A stretch of DNA of 64,000 bases from positions 1,984,001 through 2,048,000 of the forward strand of contig SMSO01000036.1 in the NCBI GenBank assembly GCA_004764695.1, read 5' to 3'. The notes beneath the pieces are model-generated. The model saw only the letters and a program-made list of their open reading frames with translations, ran no database searches and had not been told where the DNA came from. Below are positions 1-11,182 of this stretch, piece by piece. A program made the translations under genes and the position numbers. The number at the start of each line of letters is the position of its first letter. Within the stretch, counting starts at the first letter, position 1. The DNA is from Schizochytrium sp. TIO01. Its lineage: Eukaryota > Protista > Bigyra: Labyrinthulomycetes.

Positions 1-1784
1 TTTCATAAAACACAGCATCTGCTTCAATTCGAAGTATTAGGATCTTACGACGTTCGGTATGAGTTTGGATTAAGCACCCCAAGAGGGAGTCAATCGAGCT
101 TGCAAGCGACACGAGAGGAAGTTAATTAGGGTAGGTTTTGCTCATCAGCAAGTAATACTTGATATGATCAAGGATGCCTTGGCCATCATATTTATTCCCT
201 CCAATCAGCGTTTAGTTTTGACAGTGCCGATTTATTTTGGCAACTGTGCCTTGGGGGAGCGACCAAAAAAAGGTTAGCCAGGCAGAGGCTGTACATCACC
301 TTTTGAAGTAACAGTAAAGATCCTTATTTCTTGTTAAGAAGGTTGAAAGCATAGTTTAGTTTACAATGCTCAAGATAAGTGTTCTGGACTCGTGCAAAGT
401 ATCATGACAGGCATTCCAGAATTATGTGGATCAAAGCACTTTTTATCCTCTCATTTGCTTGATATGTCTTTATACTATTTTCGAACAAAATCATTGAAGC
501 AGAGAAATTGAAGTATTTGAGATTTCACTGAATGTAAGGAAATTGGTTTAAGCCAAAACATCTTTCAACTATGGACTATGCTGGGGAAAGCAAAGTTTGG
601 TTCTAGCCTGTTTTGAAATTCTGAAAATTTGTAGTGGTATGGTAGTTCTTTTGCCAACATGGAAATCAGGATTTTAAAGAAACAGATGTTGTCAAGTTGA
701 GCACCAGCTATGTTCTGACGCGATCAGCTGTCCGCGATACCACGGTAACCTATAATCACAGGCTCCCACGTCATAAAACACTGAAATGCCTTAGAAAAAG
801 GGTACTCGCAACAAATATAGTCAAATCAACTCAGAGCCTCAGTGTAAAGAAAAAACTATTGCTAACCAAACTCGCAGGTTTTTGTACAGGCAATCAAGCT
901 CATTTCTGTATTAGTCAGTAGATCATCTTGGACGAATCATATCTTTTGCATTCATTTCATTCCCACATTTCAAGCTGCTGGTTTGAAGATGTAAATGACT
1001 GGCGGTGCCTCTCTGTCCTATAAATAAGGACCATGCAGTCCCACATGCATTCTGGCCTTTTCACCATTCAATCATCTTGATTTTTTCTCCTGTACTCTGT
1101 CAAAGCTCGCTTGAAATCTCTGCCTGGTAGGTAGTAGAGCAGTAGCTGCTGCATACAATCATTAATTCTCTTCTCTTGAACCATTGTCAGCAATCTCACT
1201 ACTCGTTGCCCAACTTGGCCAAACTCCAGAACGATGAACCCTGAGCATCGAGCAGACCCCTATTAATCACTATATGACTCCTATACAAGTCGCTTGTGGC
1301 CACCCATCACTAATCATAAAGCAGTTCAATGGGCGATGAAAAGAGCAGAATAAATGTCTGGTTTGTGGGAGTGAAGATGAATGTCAACTGCTTCGCAGGT
1401 CGCGGCAGCCGAGGAGCTTGCACATAAGCATTCGCAGAACATGGTGACTTGCTGGGCCCAATGGTACCATGACTCGAAATGGCCCCGGCCGCAATGCACC
1501 TGATGTTTTTTCGATGATTTTGCACATCCTTTGATTTTTTTCATTCCCCATATTCCCAGTATTTAATCAATTTGCTAGCAGTTGATTGAATGGAATATGG
1601 TAAAACATAATGTAAATGAATGAATGAAGAAATAAAAGATCATATAAATCATAGAGGAACATAGCACAGAAACTGAGAATGGAAATGAATGGGTGAATGA
1701 GCTCGTGACAGAATCCCATCATCGCCCCGTCCACCCGACCATTTCATTCTCCAATCGCCGCGCCGTCGCGAGGTAGTTGCGAGC

Positions 1785-3782
1785 ATGGCTCGAGCGGGCA
1801 AGGCCAAGGGCCGCAAGGACCTTAGCGGCGCCTTCAACGCAAAGCACTCGCTTCGTGCGAGCGGCAAGGCAGCCTTGGGTGCCTCTCTTAAAAGCGGCGG
1901 CAAGAACAGCAACGCAGCGTCCAAGAATGTCGCCAAGAACGTCAAGATCAAGGCCAAGGCAGCTGCTTTGAGCAACCCTTTCGAGGAGCGTGACAACCGC
2001 AAGCAGAAACGCGATGTCCTGAACCGCAACCTCAAGGGCTCCAAGCGCAATGTGGCTCTTGCTAGAAGTTTGGCGCACGAGAAGCGCAAGCGTACGCTTC
2101 TTGGCGAGTTCAAGGAGATGGGCAAAGCCAACTCTTTTCAAGATAAGCGTTTTGGAGAGAAGAATGAAGATATCTCCGAAGAAGAGAAGATGCTCGAGAG
2201 GTTCAAGAAACTTCGTTCCAAGCGCGGTCTCTATGACCTCAGCGACACGGATGGCAAGGGCGCTGCCAACCGTAAGAAGAACAAGGTCGAGTTCACACAC
2301 CTTGGCCAGAGTCTTTCAGAGTCTGGCGGCGCTGACATGGAAATGGAAGAGGAGTTCAAGCGGCTTCTGCGCGAAGAAGGCCTTGACGAAGACGACGGCA
2401 GCGACCCTGGTGAAAAGATTGATGCCAATGCTCTCATGGAGCAGATCCAGTCTGCCAGCAACAACGACGACCGGTCAAAGTCCAAGAAGGAGGTCATGCA
2501 GGAAGTTATTGCTAAAGCCAAAATGTTCAAGCTCAACCGCCAGCGCGAGAAGGAACAAGACGACGAAGAGCGTGAGCGCCTCGATGATGCCTTCAAGGGC
2601 CTCATGAGCGATGGACTCTTCCACCTGAGACCTACACGCCGTCAGCGTCAGGCCAAGGAAATGGAGGACATGATGGAGCGTCTTCGCAAGTCCAAGGAAG
2701 CAAAGAGCGGCGAAGAACAAGACACAGAGCAAAACGATAAACCCCAAAAGAGCACTGATGATGACGATGAAGATGAAGATGATGACTTCGATCGCACTGT
2801 TCGTGGACTTGTTTTTGAGGCACGTGCAGCTGCATCTGACAGAACATTGACTCCCGAAGAGCGCGCAAAACGCGAGTTTGAGAAGCTCAAGGAGCAGCAA
2901 GAAGCACTTGAGCGACGCATGAAGGGTCATTTCAGTGATGAGGAGGAGTCCGATGATGAGGACCTTTCCGGCAAACGACGCAAGCGCAAGAATCAGCCCA
3001 AGAAATCCTTCTTTGAGAGCACTGGCAGCGATGAAGAAGAGGCTGAGGAAGACGATGAAGAAGGCGAGGATGAGGACGAAGAAGCTGATGAGGATGAAGA
3101 GGAGGGTGACTCTGAGGATGATGATGATGACTCCGATGACTCCGATGCAGACCAGGAACTCGAACGCCACCTGCTGGAGCAGCTTGCTCTTCGTAAGAAG
3201 GAGGATGAAGCCAAAGCAAAGGCCAAGTCAACCAAACGCAAGGGCATCAGTATTGATCGTCGTGCCGACCTCATCGAGGAGGCTAAAGAAGAACTCCCTT
3301 TCATCCTTGATGCACCTGAATCTCACGGAGACCTTCTCAAGCTCATGGATAAATACAACTGTGCAGATAAAATGGGCGAGGTCGTAAAACGCATTAGAAC
3401 ATCAAACTCAATTCACCTTCTTGCTGAAAACCGCGAGAAGATGAACCGTTTCCTCGAAATTCTTGTCGATCACTACGTTTGGGTGGTCGAACGCCACGCA
3501 GCTGCTTGCAATGATTTCGAAGAAGACACCCCTGAGGGTCTTGTTACTTACAACGAGACTCTCAAAGCTTGCTTAAAAAGCATCTATGAACTCTGCCACG
3601 ACATCAAGGATACTGCCGGTCAGGTTTTCTGCAACCGTCTTGGACGCATGCAGTTAACACTTGGCAAACAACTCAGCAACGCCGCAGCGTTTGGCGCAAA
3701 TGCTGGTGGAGACTTTGGTTGCCTTTCCACTCACTTGAGTAAGGGAGGCTCACTGTATCATCGCAAAAAGGGAGGACACAAG
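1785..3782 (+). CDS. NOP14: Nucleolar protein 14 (SSU processome), exon 1
   Basis: Motifs NPFE, RKRTLLGEF..GKANSFQDKRFGE, FTHLGQSL, KSKKEVMQEVIAKAK, ASDRTLTPEE and ELPF match the Nop14 family. The frame runs 666 codons to an AG|GTAAGT donor at 3783 (phase 0). Confidence 0.93.
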
Positions 3783-4290
3783 GTAAGTGTATTGAATGAC
3801 TTGAAAAAAAATCTAAATTCAAGAGGGGAGTAGTGAAAGAGCTGTGCAGCTCTTTTGTCAGCAATCATGCACAGGGTTGTGCGTACATGTTTCAAGGGAG
3901 GTAGTGTGAAAGGTTAATACCAGCTTCAGTCAAATTCCCGAACGGCGAAAACTCATACTGTTTGGGGCCAAAAAGCTGGGAAACGAAAGGGTGGGATCCT
4001 CTCGGGGATCCCGGCGGCTATACCAGGTTTTTGTTGCCGACTTGTCCCATTGGACTGTCAAACGAACGCAACACTGTACTCAAATGGCCTGCCCACATTC
4101 CAAATGCAACATTTCATGCTACAAGAAGAAATATAGTCTCGTGAATCAGTCTGTTAATGTTGTTGACAATACGGGCCTGTATTATGAAAGGGACCTTGGT
4201 GGTAGGGGTGTCTAAAATTGCTTTTCATACGTGAATGGCTGAACTAACTTTTTCACATTGATGTAATCAATGTATTTGTCTCATTAACAG
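3783..4290 (+). other. Spliceosomal GT-AG intron (508 nt) of NOP14
   Basis: Donor GTAAGT at 3783, branch-like CTAAC at 4244-4248 and acceptor TTAACAG ending at 4290. Splicing joins ...GGHK to GAKGRMAME... in frame, giving 1046 aa. Confidence 0.9.
3920..4100 (+). ncRNA. Intronic box H/ACA snoRNA, predicted guide for the 18S pseudouridine equivalent to yeast Psi1181 (snR85/SNORA5-like target)
   Basis: Hairpin 1 has stems CCAGCTT 3920-26/AAGCTGG 3973-79 and CCCGAACGG 3937-45/CTGTTTGGG 3958-66. Pocket strands AGTCAAATT and GCC are complementary to 18S GGC-UU-AAUUUGACU. H box AAACGA (3981-86) lies 14 nt after the upper stem. Hairpin 2 base GGGTGGG 3989-95/CCTGCCC 4088-94 is followed by ACA at 4095-97. 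Confidence 0.75.
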
Positions 4291-5433
4291 GGAGCCAAAG
4301 GTCGTATGGCCATGGAACAGGAGAAAGAAGAACTTGAAGAAGAACTTGAGCTCTTCGGTGGTGGTGTCCGTGCAAGTGATTGCCGCTGCTGGCCTTCCGC
4401 TGGAGACCTTGCGTTCTTTCGCATTGTCGAGGCTGTCTTCCCAGTAACCGACTTTCGTCACCCAGTGGTGTCCCCATCGCAGCTTCTTCTAGGCCAGTAC
4501 CTTGCTCAATGTCCCATCCGCGGACCTCGTGACGTTGTTGCATGTCTTTGCACAGCCCAGCTCCTCGTTGATTTTTGCCGTGGTGCTGAGCGTCTTCCTG
4601 GTGAAGCATTCCTTTCTGTTGATGCTCTTCTTAACCAGGCCTTTCCTGCGAAGAAGAGCACCAGCAGTAACTTGGATGAAGCCGAGAAGCTCGACCTCGC
4701 CAAACGTCGTGTGTGCCCTCAGATGATCAAGGCCGGTCGTTGTGGTGTACGTAGCGAACACCTTGACTGGCTTCGCAAGGCCAAGATCTCCAAGGAAGCG
4801 CAACCTTTGTCTCTGACTGCTCTCCGTTATGATGAGGATGATTCTGAAGATGTGTCACATGTAGATAATGGCGTCATTGTACAGTCTCTTCTCTCTTTGG
4901 CTCAGCAGCTTGGCCACATGGCTGCAACCTCGCCTGTTGGTGACTCTTTGCTCCAGGGTATCGATGCTGCTTTGCAGCGCGCCAAGGGAGAGGAAGCTAA
5001 GACAATCTCGGATGTTGTATCCCGGGATGTGAAACATGTCAAGGCTAGCCGTAAACCCATGCGCCTCTTGGATGTTCAGGCTCGCGCTATCAAGTCGATT
5101 CGGCCTCTATTCAACGAGAACTACAAGTGGACCAAGGATGGCCACGATCCAGACCGTGCACGTGCTGAGCTCAAGAAGCTTAAACGACAGGCCCACCGCG
5201 AGCGCAAGGGCGTGGCTCGTGAATTGCGCAAGGACGCTCAGTTTCTTGCAGAGCAGCGTGAAACTGAGAACCAGTCTCGCATCTCTGCCTTGCGTGCAGA
5301 GCGCCAGCGCAACTTTGCTGAGCTTACCAACCAGGCTGGTGAAATGAACAAGGCAGTCCGTGAATTCGGTGCTACTGGTGGTGGTTCTCGCAATGTTGAT
5401 ATGCGCGGCCGTCGTCGTCAAACTCGGCAATAA
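4291..5433 (+). CDS. NOP14: NOP14 exon 2
   Basis: FPVTDFRHPVVSP, DPDRARAELKKLK..RERKGVARELRKDAQFLA are Nop14 C-terminal motifs. Stop TAA at 5431-5433. Confidence 0.93.
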   Translation, partial: GAKGRMAMEQEKEELEEELELFGGGVRASDCRCWPSAGDLAFFRIVEAVFPVTDFRHPVVSPSQLLLGQYLAQCPIRGPRDVVACLCTAQLLVDFCRGAERLPGEAFLSVDALLNQAFPAKKSTSSNLDEAEKLDLAKRRVCPQMIKAGRCGVRSEHLDWLRKAKISKEAQPLSLTALRYDEDDSEDVSHVDNGVIVQSLLSLAQQLGHMAATSPVGDSLLQGIDAALQRAKGEEAKTISDVVSRDVKHVKASRKPMRLLDVQARAIKSIRPLFNENYKWTKDGHDPDRARAELKKLKRQAHRERKGVARELRKDAQFLAEQRETENQSRISALRAERQRNFAELTNQAGEMNKAVREFGATGGGSRNVDMRGRRRQTRQ

Positions 5434-6641
5434 GTGATTGGCACTGTACTGTGCCAGACATTATTGCCTTTCCAACGTTTTTTTTTTTTAAATGAGAAGA
5501 GAATGCAATCCTTGTCAATAGAGGAACGTTTTCTTCCATCGAGTGTTTGTTCATAAAACTTCACTTGAAGGAACCCACTCATACAAACTTCTTTTCCATA
5601 ACGCAATTTCCTGTGGGTGTGGGCACGCATGTATTAAAATACGTGCTGGCAGCACAGGCACGAGGAAGTTACGAGCCGTCACTGACTGTTAAACTTTTCT
5701 ACCTCGCCTTTCATATGTGCGTGATGCTCAAAACTGTTCGCTTTGTTTCTAGCTTTTGTGCCTGATCCTCATCTATACACTACTTCTTTAACGAATTAAA
5801 TAAACCAACATGATAATATGACCTTACCAAATAGTTTTTCTGTTCTCGTCACTTGCAATTCTTTTCTGGTAAGCCAGGTTCAGTCACAGTCAAGAGGTAC
5901 TTACTTACCTGGCTTGCGTCGGTTCTCATATATATATATTGCAGGTTTCGACGTCCACACGAGATACGAGATATTCTTCATGTCTAGAAGTTTCCAGCCC
6001 AATTGAGAGTGTTTCAAGTTATATTTTTAGTCGATTGCTGGAACATGCTTTTGATGTGAGGAGACATGTATAATTAAACTGGTCATGTTATAGATAATAT
6101 TTTCCGAGGTTTTCTAGGTGCAAATTATGAACACATCTTTATTTGTTTTTGTCTTCTATGGGCCTACCTACTTTGAAGATATCGTTCCATAAGCTCATAT
6201 AGGCACCGTTTGAGAATCAATACAATCTATTAAAAAAGGCATTCTTTTTTTAAAAATGAGGGCGACTTCTCATTGTTGTAGGTCTCGATGGTTCCTAGCA
6301 AGTATGAATTCCATTAAACAAGGAAATAGACAAGCATCAAAGTACGCAGTTTCTTCACTCAAAAAAAAAAAATATTCACTAGATTATGTCTACCCAGAGA
6401 CATTCAACAATTTCAGAAGGCGACGAACTAAAAGTAGATCTGATGATGACTCTGCTAGTATTTGCTGAGTCTCTGAGGCCTTCAGTTGTTGATACTGTTG
6501 TTGTGGTTATGTTTTGATATGTATTCTTGCGGAAGAGATGGGTCGGATCGTTGCAGAACCAGAGATTGTACTAGACTAAGAGAATTTGGTTTCTTTCATA
6601 ATTTCAATGCTGCGAGAGAGCACAGCGAGCAACTGGACAGT

Positions 6642-8840
6642 TTAGAACTTCTCCCAGTCGGGCACGTTATCGTTCTTGCGTGCACGCTTGTTGCGCGTAG
6701 TTTCGTTGTTCTGCTTGTCATCGTTGGCATCAGCCTCGGCGCCGTTAGCGTTCGGGCGTGCTCTACGGTGAGTTTGACGAGCCTTGGATCCAGCAGCAGC
6801 GGGTTTGGGTCCCCAGTTTGGCTTGGGGTTGCCCTTGTACCTGTTGACAACGTTGTTGTTAAGCTTGCGGCGTCTAATCTCGCGGGCGATCGTAAGGTTG
6901 ACTTCATGCGTGATCTCCTTCGAGAGGATCTTGGCAGGGATGCCGTCAGGGTCTTGGGTGTGCTTCTTGTTGACAGGCTTACGGTCACGAACCCATACAC
7001 GAATGATGTCCCACAGCAGTGCGGGCGGAGCATCAGTCTTGACATGATCGGCGCTAGAGTGTGTCTTAGAGACCTTGTAGCCAGCATTGATGATTGCTGA
7101 CTGAAAGATATCCATGCTCGGGTTCTCACAGTGCACAGCTCTACACATCGCAGAGAGCGTGTAGTGAAGCGGTGCGTTAGGAACCTCATCAGCAACATTT
7201 GCCACGAGAGCGTGGACCATCTCTGCAGCACCGAGCTTGCGAGCATCAAACTCACCCTCCGGCTTGTAGTCACTAGCGAAGCGAGCACGGAGAGCATTTA
7301 CGAACTCAAAGTTGTGAATCGGGTCAGACCAGATGGGGCCTCCCATAACCATTGCGGCCCCAGTTTCAGGGCACTTGGAGGGAAGTGTCAAGTCCGCGGG
7401 GCGCACAGAGATGTTATTGTTCTTGGTGGTATCTGTTGCGAGCGGCTGCAGGAAGAAGTTGTCGCAAGCACGAGAGTGTGCAGCGTAAGAGAGCTTTGTA
7501 GGCGCAAGTTTGGCTTCACCCTTGTTAGAGTGAACACGTACGAATACACGGATGTAAAAGTCCATGTGAACCGAGAGAATAGGTACGATGTGGCGTCCGT
7601 ACTGGTTGGCGGTAGTCTCAATGAACCCGAGCAGGATGCGAATTGCAAACTCGTGCGGGAACCGTGCCACACGAATGGGCTGGGCTCTGTACCTCGGGAA
7701 GCACATATCGGTGGTCTTGCCGCAGAGGGTTGACAAATCAGTGGCGGTGACAGCGAGGAGACCTCCATCGCGAACGCACTGCACAGCAGCATCGAGAAAG
7801 GGGCTAGGGGATCCGTACGGGTCAAGATCCACAACGTCGAAGGGCTCTGACTTGAGGTTAAAGTCACGGAACTCTTTGGGGATAAACTTGCGGATACGGG
7901 TGTGATCATGAGCAGAACCTTCTTCCGTGCGGTGGTTGTACATGTACAAGGTGGCATCGCCCTCGTTGGCAAGGACCTTTTCACCGTCCTTCATGCCGTT
8001 GAAGTTAAGGTTGGCGCGAATGGCATTAACGGCATGGGTCTCGAGATCGTTGGCAATGATCTTGTCGACGCCGACACCATCAGTGATCTCCTTGGCGTAG
8101 CGAATGCTACGAAGTCCAGTTGCACTTAGGCCTTCAAGGATGCGCATTCCAGTTAGTTCACCACGTTCCGTGGTAATCTCACGCTGCTCCTTGCCTGCGG
8201 CCTTTGCGGCCTCGTCGCGAGCGATGGCCTTGACGTTGTCAATAGTTGCGGCGTCCTTAGCGAATTCAGGGCCCCAAGTCTGTTTTGTAGTGGGAAGTTT
8301 GCGCCAGGAGGCGTTTGCAGTACGACGACGGAACTGCTCATCGGCCTCGTGACCGAGCTGTTTGGCGTACTCGTTGAGAACGAGCACAGAAAGGTCACGG
8401 TTCTTAATCTGCACCTCGTTGTAGAAAACTTCACCCTTCTTGTAGAGAACTGTAGCCTGACCCTCAGAAACGGTCGAGTAGCCCTCAGGCACCTCGTTAG
8501 GTTTAAGGTTAGCAAATGGGTTCACCTCAACTTTGGGCTCTTTGGCATTTTCATCCTTGGAAACTTCGACGTTCTCCACAGCCTCGACGGCCTCGACAAC
8601 CTTGTCATCTTTGGGAGAAGCGGTAGTGGACATTGTTCTTGACGTAGAAAGCCTAAAGTTCGAGACTCTTAAGCTTGAGAATGTTCGAGGCTGATCAAAA
8701 CTTGTTGGTTTCTTAAAGACGGAATTTCTTTGCAAGCTTGCTGCTTCAGTCCAGTACAGACTAGGACGAGGTGCTGGGAGTGATCCCTGAGAGATGCGAA
8801 AAGCGTGCAACCAAGGTAGCCGGCGGAGACTTCTCTGCAT
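6642..8840 (-). CDS. TRM1: tRNA (guanine26-N2,N2)-dimethyltransferase
   Basis: Motifs VFYNEVQIKNRDLS, ILEGLSATGLRSIRYAKE, FDVVDLDPYGSP, GGLLAVTATD, MDFYIRVFVRV, GGPIW, KTDAP and NPKPNWGPK. First ATG is at 8840 (the track start at 8918 is TTG); a second in-frame ATG is at 8633. Confidence 0.95.
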   Translation of the reverse strand: MQRSLRRLPWLHAFRISQGSLPAPRPSLYWTEAASLQRNSVFKKPTSFDQPRTFSSLRVSNFRLSTSRTMSTTASPKDDKVVEAVEAVENVEVSKDENAKEPKVEVNPFANLKPNEVPEGYSTVSEGQATVLYKKGEVFYNEVQIKNRDLSVLVLNEYAKQLGHEADEQFRRRTANASWRKLPTTKQTWGPEFAKDAATIDNVKAIARDEAAKAAGKEQREITTERGELTGMRILEGLSATGLRSIRYAKEITDGVGVDKIIANDLETHAVNAIRANLNFNGMKDGEKVLANEGDATLYMYNHRTEEGSAHDHTRIRKFIPKEFRDFNLKSEPFDVVDLDPYGSPSPFLDAAVQCVRDGGLLAVTATDLSTLCGKTTDMCFPRYRAQPIRVARFPHEFAIRILLGFIETTANQYGRHIVPILSVHMDFYIRVFVRVHSNKGEAKLAPTKLSYAAHSRACDNFFLQPLATDTTKNNNISVRPADLTLPSKCPETGAAMVMGGPIWSDPIHNFEFVNALRARFASDYKPEGEFDARKLGAAEMVHALVANVADEVPNAPLHYTLSAMCRAVHCENPSMDIFQSAIINAGYKVSKTHSSADHVKTDAPPALLWDIIRVWVRDRKPVNKKHTQDPDGIPAKILSKEITHEVNLTIAREIRRRKLNNNVVNRYKGNPKPNWGPKPAAAGSKARQTHRRARPNANGAEADANDDKQNNETTRNKRARKNDNVPDWEKF

Positions 8841-9886
8841 GCCCCGGAGCAGCCGGTTCCCTCGAACTTGCGCGTCAAGACCTCTGGCCTTACGCGCAAT
8901 CCAAGGTTTTGATTGCAATTATGTGCGAAGGTCTGCCACGAGAGAGCTCCTCCACCACCAGAAATGCCAAGAGGCGCGCCGCTCGCTCGCCTGCCACTGC
9001 ACGTTAATATTTGGGCCTTTTGTTATTTTCTTAAAATAGTAAAAAGAATTTAGGGCATTTAGTATTAATGTCTCTAATCATCTTAGGTAGGTTGAAGAAG
9101 CACAACTCGGCAAACGAGAGCTCTTATGCTTAAGTACAAATTCCACATCAACAACTAGACGATGGTATACAGGATAACCAATGCCAGGTTACCTTCATGG
9201 GATAAGGACTATATGTGAATATATAAAGTTATCATAATATACATAATATACATGTGATCTGTCTAAATCTTTCAAAGCTTCAGAACTTCAATTTGGGAGA
9301 GCGTTTACTAGATGAGTCGGTCAAATTCTACAACTAAAGGGATTGCGCAAGAGTACAACGTGGAAAGCCTGAACAGATGAAAAAGAAGGGAAAATATCTT
9401 TCATAAAGGGGTGAGGAGGGAACGGCAATTCACTCCTCTAATTCAACTTTAAGCAAAAATTGTAGAGAAAAAAAGAAAGGCAGACGAGCTGACAAGAGAA
9501 AACGGGCAGGTATTTCTCTCTCCATTCGTTGCACAAAAGAAAAATGGGGAAAACGTAGAGTTTGGGTCGCAACGGGAAGGCCAATCGGACTCTGTCAGGT
9601 CTTGGTTCGTTGTCTACTATGATCGAGGTATCTTTCACTATGGAAAAAAAGAGCAGTAAAAAATGATCGCAGTTGCAAGCAAGTGGCAACGAGCTATGCA
9701 AAGAGATCAGAGCCCAAAGCAGTGAATAGATACTCTCGTACACAAGAGACAGAACGGACATTGTTGAACAGAGGAAAGATGGTCTCCCTCAGGTGGATAC
9801 AGACAAAGAGATTTGCGCCCCAATCACATTTTAATATTCGCGTGAATAGGAGAAATAACTCCTCATGAGCAGCAAAAAAGGGAAAT

Positions 9887-11182
9887 TTACTGCTTGGTAG
9901 GGGTTTGCTTTGCAAAGCTCTCGATCTTCCACTTGATGGTGTACCAGCTGCGGTGCGGGAGAAGCTTTTGGATAGCAGCCCAACGGTTGCCGAGACGCTT
10001 GTGAGCTTCGAGAGCAATTTGCTCTTCTTCAGGTGACCACTTTCCGGTACGAAGGTTGGGGTTGAGGCGAGCCGTGTAGCGGTCGCGACACTGCTTTCCG
10101 GTACGTCCGGGAATGAAGTGAGAGATCTCCTTCCACTTCTTACCCTTCTGCTTGACCATCTTGACCAGGAGCTCATCCTCAGCATCAGACCACTTGCCCT
10201 TGACAATTGTCGGGTCGAGCGCCTTGTGCCATCTCTGAGAGCATTGGTTTCCGGTCTTTCCGGGCATGTGCTGTGCAATGCGAGACCAGCGCATGGCGCC
10301 GTACTCCTTGACAAGCTGCAAGAGTCGCTCGTCTTCCTCAGGAGTCCAGCTGCGGCGGTAGTAGATCTTCTTGTTGAGCTCGCCGCTTGTGGCAGTCTGG
10401 TTCGAGTCCTGGGAGTGTCCAGAAGTTCCGGAGCCGGCTGATGAGTATCGGTGAAGAGACCGCGGTGTGTCCATCTCCTTGCTCTCGTACTCCTCATGTC
10501 TCACATAGTGGTGGTCATGATCGTGCTTTGTGCGCTTGTAGTTGATCACAGGAAGCTCCCAGTCAGCATGCTTCTTGTTCTTGCGATCCACAGAGCTTCC
10601 GTAAGGGAGGGGCTCAGGGATCGTAGAGACCTCTTGGCCGATTGGCTTGGACTCCATCACAGAGCGCTGTCCATCGTGGAAAACGTCAGTAAGAAACATG
10701 CCAAGGTCAGATTCAAGGTCGTACTTCGGGGCGGCGGAGGCAGGGTTACCCGGGTAGGCCGTGTTCGGCTGCTGGCGAGCAGGCGAGGGACCACCAAGAT
10801 TACCGTACGGCACGTGAAAGCCGTTGCCCTGAGAGCTGTAGATGGGAAGACCATGCTCAAGACCAGCGTTGTCGTAGTTGCTGTGCATCATGCTGTGCTT
10901 GTTGTTCCAAACATCCACGTAGTCGTCTTCAACATAGTTTGCGTGATGGTATCCTGAGGCGGCGGCCTTGGAGGGCATAACGTTGTTGAAATAGAGTTGG
11001 TCCTGGTTCATGGGGTGGGTGGCGGACATGTGGGTCGGGTAGTTGTTGTGGGGGTGCACCTGGTGGTAGTGCGGCTGGTTGTAGAAGTTTGGCATGTCTT
11101 CAGTAGGAGGGCGGTAGAAGTGGCTGTCAAACTCTCGCTGTTGGTGAAGTTGCATCTGTCTGTCTTCAGGGAGATGCATCAT
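9887..11182 (-). CDS. Three-repeat MYB transcription factor with C-terminal DNA-binding domain
   Basis: Three Trp-spaced repeats: WTPEEDERL..WSRIA..QCSQRW, WSDAEDELL..WKEIS..GRTGKQCRDRY and WSPEEEQ..GNRWAAI. The N-terminus is His/Asn/Tyr/Pro-rich. First ATG at 11182. Confidence 0.92.
   Translation of the reverse strand: MMHLPEDRQMQLHQQREFDSHFYRPPTEDMPNFYNQPHYHQVHPHNNYPTHMSATHPMNQDQLYFNNVMPSKAAASGYHHANYVEDDYVDVWNNKHSMMHSNYDNAGLEHGLPIYSSQGNGFHVPYGNLGGPSPARQQPNTAYPGNPASAAPKYDLESDLGMFLTDVFHDGQRSVMESKPIGQEVSTIPEPLPYGSSVDRKNKKHADWELPVINYKRTKHDHDHHYVRHEEYESKEMDTPRSLHRYSSAGSGTSGHSQDSNQTATSGELNKKIYYRRSWTPEEDERLLQLVKEYGAMRWSRIAQHMPGKTGNQCSQRWHKALDPTIVKGKWSDAEDELLVKMVKQKGKKWKEISHFIPGRTGKQCRDRYTARLNPNLRTGKWSPEEEQIALEAHKRLGNRWAAIQKLLPHRSWYTIKWKIESFAKQTPTKQ

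Noticed and set aside
1-1600. Short minus-strand ORFs upstream of NOP14
   Set aside because: No recognisable motifs and frequent stops.
5869-5917. TACTTACCTGGC (5902-5913) resembling the U1 snRNA 5' end
   Set aside because: No U1 loop I/II or Sm site follows. It is simply one arm of an 11-bp hairpin with 5869-5879.
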